A stretch of DNA of 32,000 nucleotides. Source: Pyrobaculum calidifontis JCM 11548. GTDB lineage: Archaea; Thermoproteota; Thermoprotei; Thermoproteales; Thermoproteaceae. Positions 8,362 to 17,316 of the stretch are shown piece after piece. Position 1 is the stretch's first letter. Each line of letters opens with the position of its first letter. The stretch spans positions 330,001 to 362,000 of the forward strand of contig NC_009073.1 of assembly GCF_000015805.1 (NCBI RefSeq), in the 5' to 3' direction. Below the pieces are notes generated by a model. That model was not told where the DNA came from, made no database searches, and saw nothing but the letters and a program-made list of their open reading frames with translations. The position numbers were made by a program, and so were the translations under genes.

Positions 8362-9152
8362 AGGTTGGCGTTTACGTAGTCAACGAATGCCTCTAGTTCC
8401 TCTTTCCTGGCCCTCTGGCCGTCGCCCAGCGCGTCGAGGTTGAGCGCCAAGGGGGTTACGGCCACGTTACCCTCTTTTAACACCACGTACACGTCTGTCT
8501 CAGGCTCGGGGGAGAGGGGCTCGCCGTAGAGCCAGAAGTAGGCCGCGCCCCGGGGGTCTCTCCTAGCCTCTACCCTCTGCGCGTATCTAAGCTTCGCCGG
8601 CTTGGCCAACTTCGCCCTCACGCCGCGCCTCGGCCTCTGGGGGAAGTTGACGCTTATCACGTCGACGCCCTGCGGCATGCCCCGCTCTGCCACATACCTC
8701 GCGGTGGCCTGCACCACGGCTCTTAAGACGTGCAACGCCTCTCCGTCGACCTCGTCCCAGCTCTCTGCGTAGAGCGAGTAGGCCACGGCCGGTATCCCCA
8801 GGAGGGCCGCCTGAAAGGCGGCGCCGAGGGTGCCGGAGGAGAGGACCACCTGTAGCGAGGTGTTGTCGCCAAGGTTTATCCCCGAGAGGACTAGGTCGTA
8901 CTTCCTGCCAAGCCCGTAGAGGGCGAGGTAGACTGTGTCAGAGGGAGTCCCCGAAGTGGCGACGACCTTAAACCCGCATATGTCCATCTCGTACATTCGT
9001 AGCGGCTTGTGGAGCGTGATACCCAGCCCACTGGCAGACTTGGGGGTCTCGGGCGCTACGGCGTCCACCTCGCCGAGGGGCTCGGCGAATTGGTACAACA
9101 GCCTAAGCCCAGGGCTGTACACCCCGTCGTCGTTTGTAACCAAGATCCTCAC
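8358..9152 (-). CDS. surE: 5'/3'-nucleotidase SurE
   Basis: The N-terminus (V)[15 protein letters not shown] and the motif SGINLG are classic SurE features. The GTG start has a TATA box 23 nt upstream. Confidence 0.9.
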   Translation of the reverse strand: MRILVTNDDGVYSPGLRLLYQFAEPLGEVDAVAPETPKSASGLGITLHKPLRMYEMDICGFKVVATSGTPSDTVYLALYGLGRKYDLVLSGINLGDNTSLQVVLSSGTLGAAFQAALLGIPAVAYSLYAESWDEVDGEALHVLRAVVQATARYVAERGMPQGVDVISVNFPQRPRRGVRAKLAKPAKLRYAQRVEARRDPRGAAYFWLYGEPLSPEPETDVYVVLKEGNVAVTPLALNLDALGDGQRARKEELEAFVDYVNANL

Positions 9153-9169
9153 AAATGTCGAGGCCCCGG

Positions 9170-9180
9170 GGATATTAATG
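9170..9180 (-). promoter_or_regulatory. TATA-like box (minus strand CATTAATATCC) for the surE operon
   Basis: It is centred about 23 nt upstream of GTG 9152. Confidence 0.4.
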
Positions 9181-9227
9181 AGTTACGCCGACGCGTCAAC
9201 GGCGGAGGACCTCCAAAGGGGAGTTGC

Positions 9228-9548
9228 CTAAATTAGCTGAAGCTCGATTTTGACGGTGTCCGGCACTCTGATGGTCATTAGGCGCCTGAGCACGCGCTCC
9301 GAGGCCTCTATGTCAATGAGGCGCTTTGAAATACGCAGTTCCCAATGATCAAAAGTGTGGTAGCCTTGCCCTGAGGGCGCCCTCCTCACGGTAACCATTA
9401 GCCGCTTTGTGGGAAGCGGAATTGGCCCCCTAACTGCGACGCCCATCTTCTTTGCAAGATCCACTATCTCCCTGGCCACTTGGTCTAAGTCAGCTGGGTT
9501 TGTTCCATACAGCCTTATCCTTACCTTTCTCCTTGATGCAAGCGACAC
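9228..9548 (-). CDS. rps10: 30S ribosomal protein uS10
   Basis: KVRIRLYGTNPADLDQV...RGPIPLPTKRL...HWELRISKRLIDI is the uS10 pattern. The protein is 106 aa with a GTG start. Confidence 0.9.
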   Translation of the reverse strand: MSLASRRKVRIRLYGTNPADLDQVAREIVDLAKKMGVAVRGPIPLPTKRLMVTVRRAPSGQGYHTFDHWELRISKRLIDIEASERVLRRLMTIRVPDTVKIELQLI

Positions 9549-9564
9549 GTGGGTGGGTTTTTGG

Positions 9565-9576
9565 GGACTTTAAAAG
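9565..9576 (-). promoter_or_regulatory. TATA-like box (minus strand CTTTTAAAGTCC) for rps10
   Basis: It is centred about 23 nt upstream of GTG 9548. Confidence 0.45.
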
Positions 9577-9586
9577 TTTTAATAGG
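9576..9586 (+). promoter_or_regulatory. TATA-like box (GTTTTAATAGG) for aRF1
   Basis: It is centred about 23 nt upstream of ATG 9604 and abuts the rps10 box. Confidence 0.45.
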
Positions 9587-9603
9587 TGGATGGAGTGTGG
9601 GTC

Positions 9604-10758
9604 ATGGCTTTTGCTCGACCGCCGAACGGCGTGTACCACTTGAAGACGCCGGTGGAGCTGAGGGCGTTTATCAACGTGTTGAAGAAGTTTAGGGGCTACG
9701 CCACGACTTTGATCACTCTATATATCAACTCGGAGCGGCCTATGCCAGACGTGTTGAACTTATTGAGGTCTGAGTGGTCCACGGCCTCAAACATCAAGGA
9801 CAAAACCACGCGTACACACGTGCAAGACACCTTGGAGCGCATTATCAATAACCTGAAGGGCGAGGCTAAGGCCCCCGAGAACGGGATGGCTGTCTTCGCC
9901 GGGTTCCACATGATTAGCCAGGGGAACTACGAGTGGGTTTACTACGTCGTCGTGCCGCCTCAGCCGATAAACACGTTCAAGTACATCTGCGACACGGTCT
10001 TCCACACGGAGCTTCTGGAGGACCAGCTCCACTCCGGGGTGGTATACGGAGTGATCGTAATTGAGCGGGGTGAGGCCGTGATTGCGCTGTTGAAGAACAG
10101 CAGATGGGAGGTGGTTAAGACCGTGGAGTTTTTTGTGCCAGGGAAGCACCACGCCGGCGGCCAGTCCGCGAACCGCTTCAAGCGGCAGACTGAGCACTTG
10201 GCCGAGACGTTTTACAAGCTGGTGGCTGAGGAGGCAAACCGCGTCTTTCTCCAAATCCCCACGCTGAAGGGCATAATAGTCGCAGGTCCGGGCCCAACCA
10301 AGGAAGACTTCCTCGAGGAGGGGGGCCTCGACTACAGGCTAAAGGACAAGGTGTTGGCCGTCGTACCTGCCTGTTGCGCCAATGAGTACGGGGTCATGGA
10401 GGCCATTAAGAACGCCCAGGAGCAGTTGAAGGAGAGCGAGTATGTCAAGGCAAAGGAGACCATGGAGCGCGTCATGTTCTACGCGGTGAAGAAGAGCGAC
10501 TACATTGTGTACGGCAAGGAGAAGGTGATGAAGGCCCTCGAGACAGGCCTCGCGGAGGTGGTCATCGTGGCCGAGGAGCTGGGAGAGGACGTGGTGCTGG
10601 AGGTGATTATGAAGGCAGAGGAGAAGGGGGTCAAGGTAGAGGTGGTGCCCAAGGGCGTGGAGGAGAGCGCCACCTTGGTCAAAGCCTTCGGCGGCTTCGT
10701 GGCTCTGTTAAACGCCCCATCTTGGTTGCTCGAACAACAACAGACAGCACAGGCCTAA
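9604..10758 (+). CDS. prf1: peptide chain release factor aRF1
   Basis: The GGQ motif (HHAGGQSANRFKRQ) and a NIKS-type motif (here TASNIKD) are present, with the three-domain length expected. ATG 9604 is preferred to track start 9586 on TATA spacing. Confidence 0.9.
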   Translation: MAFARPPNGVYHLKTPVELRAFINVLKKFRGYATTLITLYINSERPMPDVLNLLRSEWSTASNIKDKTTRTHVQDTLERIINNLKGEAKAPENGMAVFAGFHMISQGNYEWVYYVVVPPQPINTFKYICDTVFHTELLEDQLHSGVVYGVIVIERGEAVIALLKNSRWEVVKTVEFFVPGKHHAGGQSANRFKRQTEHLAETFYKLVAEEANRVFLQIPTLKGIIVAGPGPTKEDFLEEGGLDYRLKDKVLAVVPACCANEYGVMEAIKNAQEQLKESEYVKAKETMERVMFYAVKKSDYIVYGKEKVMKALETGLAEVVIVAEELGEDVVLEVIMKAEEKGVKVEVVPKGVEESATLVKAFGGFVALLNAPSWLLEQQQTAQA

Positions 10759-10833
10759 AGCGGCCGCCAGGGAGACCAGAGCCCTATCACGTCGCTCAAT
10801 GCCCCTTAAGCGACTCTAGGGCGGTCTACACAG

Positions 10834-12936
10834 CTAGAGCTGTATCACCACGTCGGCGACCTCCTCGAACTCCCCTAAGTGCGAGGTAACTATCACGGTC
10901 GGCACGACTGATGTTAGGTCTCTGACGAGTTCCACGATTCTCCTCCTGTGCTCTTCGTCGAGGTGCTCCGTGGGCTCGTCGAGCATCATGAAGGGCGCCG
11001 TGCCTATCAACGCCCTGGCGAGGGCCACCCTCAGCGATAGGGCCAGCAGGTTCTGCTCGCCGAGGGAGAGGAGGGAGTGCTCTATGTGCCCGTTAGGCGT
11101 ATGTATACGCACGGCGTAGCGGCCCCCCGCCTCGACCAGTTGGACAGACTTAAAGGCCTCCTTGTGCCTAAGCCTTAGGAACACTGCGTTGAGCTCCTCG
11201 TTTATGGCCTTGAGAAGTATCTGCCTGGCAAGGGGCTTCACCTCCCCCAGGACCGCCCTTATGTTCTTGGCCGCGGCGAGGGCCTTGTCCAACTTCTCCA
11301 GCTCTGCCCTCGCCTTTTCTAACTCAGCCGCGGCGCCTGCGAGCTCTCTCTCGGCCTTTTCCAGCTCCCTCCTCAGCTCCTCTGCCCTTGAATGCGCCTT
11401 GAGGTACTCCACGTATGCGGCTCTCAGCTCTCTGTACGCCTTCTCTGCCTCCTCCGCCTCGGCGGCGGCCTTGGGCAAGGCCTCCTCTACCTCGGCCAGC
11501 CTCGCGCTCGCCTCCACGGCCTCCCGCCCCAGCTCCTCTCTCCTCCGCCTCAGTTCCTCGAGCCTTTTTACGAGCGCCTCCTCCTTGGCCATCACGGCGG
11601 CGAGGTAGCTACGCCTAGCCTCCACCTCCCTCTTTAGCCGGTACTGCGCCTCTAGCTCCCCCAGCCTCCTTCTGGCCTCCCGGAGGTCGAGGGATAGGTA
11701 CGGCTTGTACAAGTGGTACGCCTTCTCCAGCTCCTCGGCCCTCTTCATCTCTGTTCTCACTTGCTCAAGGGCCTTGGCCAGCCTCTGCACCTCGGCCTCG
11801 AGCCCCGCCACCTCTAGCTCGTGCCGCTGGACGGCCTCCCTAGTGAGAGGCGAGCCGCACACGGGGCACCTACCCCCCTCGGCCCTCTGTGCCAGCCTCA
11901 GGGCGTCTCGCAGAAGTTCAAGCCTAGACTTGAGCTCCGCCTGCCTCTTCGTCAACTCCTCGTACCTCCGCCTCAGCTCCTCCAAGACGCGGGGGTCGTA
12001 CGTCCTCACCTCCTCTGGCACTTTCTCGGCCACGGCCACAGCCTGCCTCAGCTCGTAGTACTCCTTCTCCACGTCACCCACCTGCGGCAGAGACGCCAAC
12101 TCAGCCTTTGCTTGCTCCACCTCCGCAAGCCCCCTCTCCACCTCTTCTAAGTCCCGCTCCACCTCAGCCACGGCGCGGGCCAAGTCGGCGAGCCTCTTCT
12201 CCAAGGCCTCCCTCTCCTTGGCCAACGCCGCCGCCCTCTCCCTGGCCTCGAAGTACCTCCTCTCGGCATCTCTAAACCTCGCGGCGAGGGGCTCCAGCTC
12301 CTTTACCCTAGCCTCAGCCTCCGCGAGGCGGGCCTTAAGCTCCTCTATCCGCCTCTCGGCGTCTTTCACCCTCCTCTCCAGCTCCTCCGCCCTGCCGCCG
12401 ACCCTCTCCCTCCTGGCCCTAAACTCGTTGAAGATGTCCTTAACCACCTCGTCCACTTTGTCAAACTCGTCCAGCTTCAACACCCTGTCGATGTACTCGG
12501 GCTCTTGTAAAATCCTCCTGAGCTCCCCCTGCCGTATGTACAACAGATTTCTAAACTCGTCTACGCTGAGGCCGAGCCTGGATTTGACGTAGTCTGTGAC
12601 CTCTGTGTCCCCCCTCGCCTCCACGGAGCCGTCGACGGAGAGGTAGGCCCCCAAGCCGCCGGACTCGCCGAACCTCCTCTCCACCACCACCTCCCGCCCC
12701 CCTACTACAAGCGTCAGCTTCACCTCGCCGTGCGGAGAGCCTCTCCGCAAGAAGTCTGCCCACTTCCCGCCCACCTTCCTCACCCACTGGGAGCCGAAGA
12801 GCGCCACCGCCACGGCCTCCATGAGGGACGTCTTCCCAGAGCCGTTGGGCCCATAGACGAAGTTTACCCCCTCGCCGAACTTAAAGACGGCCCTCGCGTG
12901 GGCCTTGAAGTTTACTACCTCAAGCCTCTTAATCAT
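10834..12936 (-). CDS. rad50: DNA double-strand-break repair ATPase Rad50
   Basis: Walker A is GPNGSGKTS. Long Ala/Glu/Arg coiled coils flank a central zinc hook CPVC (11857-11868). The signature-like motif is SLGEQ and Walker B is MMLDEPTEHLD. At 700 aa the coiled coil is short for a Rad50. Confidence 0.9.
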   Translation of the reverse strand: MIKRLEVVNFKAHARAVFKFGEGVNFVYGPNGSGKTSLMEAVAVALFGSQWVRKVGGKWADFLRRGSPHGEVKLTLVVGGREVVVERRFGESGGLGAYLSVDGSVEARGDTEVTDYVKSRLGLSVDEFRNLLYIRQGELRRILQEPEYIDRVLKLDEFDKVDEVVKDIFNEFRARRERVGGRAEELERRVKDAERRIEELKARLAEAEARVKELEPLAARFRDAERRYFEARERAAALAKEREALEKRLADLARAVAEVERDLEEVERGLAEVEQAKAELASLPQVGDVEKEYYELRQAVAVAEKVPEEVRTYDPRVLEELRRRYEELTKRQAELKSRLELLRDALRLAQRAEGGRCPVCGSPLTREAVQRHELEVAGLEAEVQRLAKALEQVRTEMKRAEELEKAYHLYKPYLSLDLREARRRLGELEAQYRLKREVEARRSYLAAVMAKEEALVKRLEELRRRREELGREAVEASARLAEVEEALPKAAAEAEEAEKAYRELRAAYVEYLKAHSRAEELRRELEKAERELAGAAAELEKARAELEKLDKALAAAKNIRAVLGEVKPLARQILLKAINEELNAVFLRLRHKEAFKSVQLVEAGGRYAVRIHTPNGHIEHSLLSLGEQNLLALSLRVALARALIGTAPFMMLDEPTEHLDEEHRRRIVELVRDLTSVVPTVIVTSHLGEFEEVADVVIQL

Positions 12937-14086
12937 AGATGGCCTTTAGCAACAGCCTATACGCCGCCTCGCGCTCCCCCTCTCGCACAAGCTCCATGGC
13001 CCTTAGCACGGCCTCTGCGTGGGGCCCCAGCCTCTCGCGCATGAGGCGCCAGATCTCCTCAAAGGCAGCCCCCCTGGGGGCCACCGCCCTCTGGATCCCC
13101 CTCGACGTTCTGTCTACCACATCTACGTGGAGCGCCTTTGAAAAACGGGCCGCTATCTGCCGGGGCCGCGCCTCCGCCTCGCCGTAAAGCTCAAGCCGGA
13201 CCACTGCACCGGGTCTGTCGAACATCTTTACGGCCTCTTCCACGGCCGCCTCCAGCTCCTTGGAGTCGCGGAAGTAGAGCCTAACCCGGTACATGGGCCG
13301 CCTCGGCCTAATGGGCAACGGCCTTGTTGTAACAGCTCTGCCAGCGGCGTCTATCAACACGGCGCCCTTAGCCGCGGCGTCTTGCGTCTTCTCAAAACTC
13401 CCTCCGTAGTCCCAAGTCTCAAACTCCCCAGCGTCCCAAAGCTCAAGAGAGCCGGCCCAGAGGGCTCCCACTGGGTGGCTGGCCAAGTGGTCGTGGACGT
13501 GGCCGGCGGCTATGTGTAAGAAGGAGAGGCCCTGGAAGACCGCGGGGGGCATGGAGAAGTCGTCCTCCTCCACTGGGTACCGCGCCTTCACCCCCTCTAT
13601 CGCCTGGTGTATGGCTAGGATGGAGCGAGGAGGGGCCCTCTGCAGAAGCTGTCGATACTCCTGGGCGTACTCCCTCGGCGTGGCGCATGCCCCAAAGACC
13701 GTAACCCCGCCCAAGTCGGCCGCCTCCCAGCAAAGCAGCCTCGCCAAGCCCAGCTTGTCTATAAGCCTAAGCGCGGTGTCGTAGAGGCACTCCTTAGGCG
13801 CAACGCAACGCCCAGCCTCAGCCCTAAACCGCGTGTAGGAGAAGTCGTGGTTGCCCCCTATGAGCAAAATGGGGACTTCCACCTGCTCCACCACTTCTAC
13901 AAATTTTACAAGGGTCTTGGTGGAGGGCCGTTTTAGGTCAAAGAGGTCCCCCGTGACGAGGACGGCGTCTGCGGACTTGCCCAGGCGGATTGCCTCTCTG
14001 AACGCCTCGAAGTAGTCCTCCTCTCTCTCAGGCAGGTGGTACTGAGCCCGGCCGAGGTGGGCGTCTGAGATGTGCAATACCTTCAT
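12929..14086 (-). CDS. mre11: DNA double-strand-break repair nuclease Mre11
   Basis: The phosphoesterase motifs are all present: HISDAHLG, GDLFD, GNHD and GHVHDH. ATG 14086 overlaps the herA stop (ATGA), and the track extension to 14131 is unsupported. Confidence 0.9.
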   Translation of the reverse strand: MKVLHISDAHLGRAQYHLPEREEDYFEAFREAIRLGKSADAVLVTGDLFDLKRPSTKTLVKFVEVVEQVEVPILLIGGNHDFSYTRFRAEAGRCVAPKECLYDTALRLIDKLGLARLLCWEAADLGGVTVFGACATPREYAQEYRQLLQRAPPRSILAIHQAIEGVKARYPVEEDDFSMPPAVFQGLSFLHIAAGHVHDHLASHPVGALWAGSLELWDAGEFETWDYGGSFEKTQDAAAKGAVLIDAAGRAVTTRPLPIRPRRPMYRVRLYFRDSKELEAAVEEAVKMFDRPGAVVRLELYGEAEARPRQIAARFSKALHVDVVDRTSRGIQRAVAPRGAAFEEIWRLMRERLGPHAEAVLRAMELVREGEREAAYRLLLKAIYD

Positions 14087-15900
14087 AACACTTCCACCGC
14101 CTCTTCGAGAGCCTTGTACACGTGGGGACACCCCGCGCGGCCGCAGAGGCTACACACGGGGACGCCGTCTTCAAACGTCACCACGGCCCTCTTGTCGCCG
14201 TCCGACACCTCCACCTCCACCCTGTCTCCCACCCTCCTCTTGGCCAAGACTCTCATAGCCGCCGCTGCTACGGCCACGCTTGGGGGCGGCGGCGATTTGT
14301 ACAGCCGGCGCCACATTTGGACAACGTCGGCTGTCTTGTCCACTCTCCACGCCGTGGATAACTCGATGTCGGCGCCGCCGTACTCCAACACCCGGTCTCT
14401 CACCTTTATTACGACGGGGAGCTTGGCCACGGGGCCCAGCACCACGGCCTCCCCCACGTCTAGGCCTGGGAGGTTTTCCAACATGTCCTGGGCTAACAAC
14501 TCGCTGCTCTCCCGCACGGCCTCTTGGTCTTTGGGGTTTACAATGCGCATTATGACTTGGCTCTGGCACTGGCTCACCACGTCTGGGTCGACCTTGCTCG
14601 GCCTCTGGGTTATCACCACGAGGTAGACGCCGAACTTCCGCCCCTCTGACGCCACACGGGAAATGGCCTCGTAGGACTTGGTCTTCCTAAGGGCCTTGGG
14701 CGGGGCGAAGCGGTGCGCCTCTTCTACCACCAAGACCACTGGCCAGGGTATTTTAACGCCCTTCAGCTCTCTCACTTGTCTAACCCGGGCCTGGAAAATC
14801 CTATTGACGAGGTGCGAGACCACGTAGTCTTGCACCTCCTCGTTGACGCCGGCCAAGTTGACGATGGTTATGTCTGCAAGTATTTTAGACAGTGGCGTGG
14901 AGCGGGGGGCAAAGACGCCGAGCCTCTTCAGCTTCTTGAGGTAGGTCAAGGCGCTGAAGATGGCGTGTCTATCCCGCTTGGCCAACATCTTCAAGTCCTC
15001 CGTTGGGAAGTCGCCGCTGAGCTTGAGCTGTTGAAAGAGCTTGTTCAACGCCGCCTCTCCCCTCAGCGCCGTGTAGAGGACCTTCTGCATAAAGGCCAGC
15101 CCCACGGCCTTGCCCAACTCCTTCCGCACTCTCCTGGCGTAGGCCCAGGCGAGGTATATGGCGTATCTAATCTTCTTCGCGCCTGGCGGCACCCCCGCGG
15201 CGTTGGCCAAGGCGTCTGGCTCACTGTCGAGGACCCCGATCTTGTACATCAAGTCGCCTTGGTGGTGTTTAGACACCTTCACTACCCTAGCGGAAAAGGG
15301 GCCCAGCTTGTATATGGAGTCTCTAATGGGGACGTACTCGCCGTGGGGGTCAATCACGACTATCTTGGCCCCCTTTTTCAACAACTCCTCTATTAAGACC
15401 ACGGAGAACCACGTCTTTCCAGACCCCGTGGCGGCGATGACGGCTATGTGGCGCTTGACGCCCTCTAGGTCTAGGCAGATTTCCACATCCCTCGTCGCGA
15501 GCCTCCCCACGCACAGCCCGCTTTTCACTCTAAACAGCTCTGCGATTTCTTCGTCGTCTGCCAAATACACGGCGGCGCCGATGCGGGGCGGCTGTTTGGG
15601 CTGCCTCAGCTCTCCCCCGCTGAGGTAGCCGAGGACTTTCACCTTAGCGAGGTGCACCTCGAGTATGTTGTTAGACACCTCGCTTATCACGCTGTAGAGA
15701 GGCAGATCCCTCTTGGCAGAGTAGGGGTCGCGGTAGAGCCTTATTATCTGGCCCAGCAGACGCACGTTGGCCAACTCCCCGCCCTCAACCTCCACGTGGT
15801 CTACCACCACGTAGTCGTATAGGCTGACCGGCCTCTCGGGGTCAAGCGTCGCCAAGTACTCAAAGGGGGTCGCCGCCGCCACCACGTAGCCAATCTTCAT
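14083..15900 (-). CDS. herA: HerA bipolar DNA helicase with an extra C-terminal Cys/His module
   Basis: There is an N-terminal barrel-like region, Walker A IAATGSGKTW and Walker B VLVVEEAHRF. The last 65 aa or so end in CSLCGRAGCPH (14122-14154). Confidence 0.9.
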   Translation of the reverse strand: MKIGYVVAAATPFEYLATLDPERPVSLYDYVVVDHVEVEGGELANVRLLGQIIRLYRDPYSAKRDLPLYSVISEVSNNILEVHLAKVKVLGYLSGGELRQPKQPPRIGAAVYLADDEEIAELFRVKSGLCVGRLATRDVEICLDLEGVKRHIAVIAATGSGKTWFSVVLIEELLKKGAKIVVIDPHGEYVPIRDSIYKLGPFSARVVKVSKHHQGDLMYKIGVLDSEPDALANAAGVPPGAKKIRYAIYLAWAYARRVRKELGKAVGLAFMQKVLYTALRGEAALNKLFQQLKLSGDFPTEDLKMLAKRDRHAIFSALTYLKKLKRLGVFAPRSTPLSKILADITIVNLAGVNEEVQDYVVSHLVNRIFQARVRQVRELKGVKIPWPVVLVVEEAHRFAPPKALRKTKSYEAISRVASEGRKFGVYLVVITQRPSKVDPDVVSQCQSQVIMRIVNPKDQEAVRESSELLAQDMLENLPGLDVGEAVVLGPVAKLPVVIKVRDRVLEYGGADIELSTAWRVDKTADVVQMWRRLYKSPPPPSVAVAAAAMRVLAKRRVGDRVEVEVSDGDKRAVVTFEDGVPVCSLCGRAGCPHVYKALEEAVEVL

Positions 15901-17189
15901 ATCCCCCAGGCCAGCTTCACCCTCCTAGCCGTCGCCACGTTTTCCGCAAAACTCTTGATATACACGGCGTACTCCGAGAGCTGGCCAGCCCTCATTGACG
16001 CAATGGAGTGTGCATACCAAAGCCACGTGTTGTAGTGCACGGGGTCCCGGTACTGCTGCGCCAAAAGCGCCGCGACGTCGTCTACAGCCGCGGCGGGGTA
16101 GAAGGCCTTGACAGCCGCGCCGTCGAACATGCGCGTCCCATCCGCCGGCATGTCCACGAGGAGGGGCTGATCATCGCGGCCCAGCCTCACGTAGAAGAAG
16201 TAGACCTTGGGCAACGCGTCGAGCGCCTCCTTGACCCTCCCCACCACGTCGCTGTCGAAGCTCTCTCTAAGCCTAAAGATTAGCGAGTCTTGAAGCCGCT
16301 CCTCGGCGGCCTTCACCAGCTTGTCCACAGTGGCCAAGCCTTTGTAGTTGATATAGGCGTCGCAGCCCCCCACCAACATGGGCACAGTGTAGTGGCCGGG
16401 CGGGAGGACTCTGGCCAAGAGGTCTGAGTCTGTGACCGACTGCGCAATTAACAGCGCCAGGAGCCTCGCCCCCTCATAGTCGTACCGCCTAGCCCTCTTA
16501 TAAAGCTCAACCAGCTCCTTTCTAAACCTCCTAATCCACAAGACCGAGTACCAGGAGAGCCCTTTTTGAAAGACGTACTCCCTACTCCGCTCGCTCAACT
16601 TCTCAAACACCGCATGCTCCTTCAACAGCTTAAAGCTGTGATCCTTTGAGACAAAGACCAGCCTGGCCCCGAGCTCCCTGGCCCTGTGAATAAGTCTAGA
16701 GAGAGCGTACAACGCCGCGACGAACTCCGGCACGTAGTACAAGTTTTGAAACTCCCTGGTGAGTATCAGGTTGTGGACAAGCCGCATGGCCTTGGCGTAG
16801 AGGGAGCCGTCCATGAGCAGCACGTCTACTCCCCGTCTCTCAAGCGCCTTGATGGCCACGAGGGACTCCACTATTGTCAAATAGGCCCAGGCCAACGACG
16901 GCGAGTCGACGACGGCCACGTCAACCTTCACCTCTCTCTCAATAAAGTCGGGCCCCACGGCGGCTGCGCGGGCGATAATGACCTGGTGCCCATTGGAGAG
17001 CCTCACGACGCCGACGCCCCCGTCGACCCCGGCCACGCGTAAATCGGCCACAGTCCCCCCATCTATGCGCTTGTGTAGAATTCTATCCCCCAGCGCCTCC
17101 ACTGGGTAGTCGTACTGAGGGCGGCGGCCTACATATTCGGCGAGCTTCCGCCTAGCCTCAACGACGAAGAGGTCGAAGAACTGATCCAC
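15897..17189 (-). CDS. nurA: NurA 5'-3' nuclease
   Basis: It sits directly upstream of herA and overlaps it by 4 nt. NurA-like acidic motifs are present (VAGVDGG, LLMDGSLY). Start GTG 17189 has a TATA box 24 nt upstream; the track start 17363 would run through that promoter and into the divergent gene. Confidence 0.75.
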   Translation of the reverse strand: MDQFFDLFVVEARRKLAEYVGRRPQYDYPVEALGDRILHKRIDGGTVADLRVAGVDGGVGVVRLSNGHQVIIARAAAVGPDFIEREVKVDVAVVDSPSLAWAYLTIVESLVAIKALERRGVDVLLMDGSLYAKAMRLVHNLILTREFQNLYYVPEFVAALYALSRLIHRARELGARLVFVSKDHSFKLLKEHAVFEKLSERSREYVFQKGLSWYSVLWIRRFRKELVELYKRARRYDYEGARLLALLIAQSVTDSDLLARVLPPGHYTVPMLVGGCDAYINYKGLATVDKLVKAAEERLQDSLIFRLRESFDSDVVGRVKEALDALPKVYFFYVRLGRDDQPLLVDMPADGTRMFDGAAVKAFYPAAAVDDVAALLAQQYRDPVHYNTWLWYAHSIASMRAGQLSEYAVYIKSFAENVATARRVKLAWGI

Positions 17190-17207
17190 GCATATTTTAT
17201 CTAAAGG

Positions 17208-17218
17208 CCTTATATAGG
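17208..17218 (-). promoter_or_regulatory. TATA-like box (minus strand CCTATATAAGG) for the nurA-herA-mre11-rad50 operon
   Basis: It is centred about 24 nt upstream of GTG 17189. Confidence 0.5.
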
Positions 17219-17290
17219 TGCGATAGAAGCAGAAGTAGAGGGGGTAGACCAAAAGTTTAACCCAACCCCCCGGCGGTAGGGAGAGAAAAC

Positions 17291-17298
17291 ATATAAGG
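17291..17298 (+). promoter_or_regulatory. TATA-like box (ATATAAGG) for the AAA+/VWA operon
   Basis: It is centred about 23 nt upstream of GTG 17317. Confidence 0.45.
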
Positions 17299-17316
17299 AA
17301 GAGGCGGGTAGAAGAC

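Noticed and set aside
9790-9801. aRF1 has NIKD instead of the canonical NIKS stop-recognition motif, which could hint at stop-codon reassignment.
   Set aside because: TAA, TAG and TGA all terminate well-supported genes in this window (for example lysW, the AAA+ gene and herA). I also cannot exclude that NIKD is normal for this lineage.
11162-12592. A series of long plus-strand ORFs (148, 81, 67, 117, 109 and 124 aa) opposite rad50.
   Set aside because: They are Ser/Ala/Leu-rich low-complexity translations of the antisense of GAG/GCC/CTC-rich coiled-coil codons. None has a promoter or a recognisable motif. They are a typical GC-rich shadow-ORF artefact.
14070-15628. Plus-strand ORFs (184, 227, 156 aa and others) and the minus-strand alternative-frame ORF 14171-14569 inside herA.
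   Set aside because: They lie entirely within a well-supported herA frame. Their Arg/Pro/Gly-rich composition is characteristic of off-frame GC-rich sequence.
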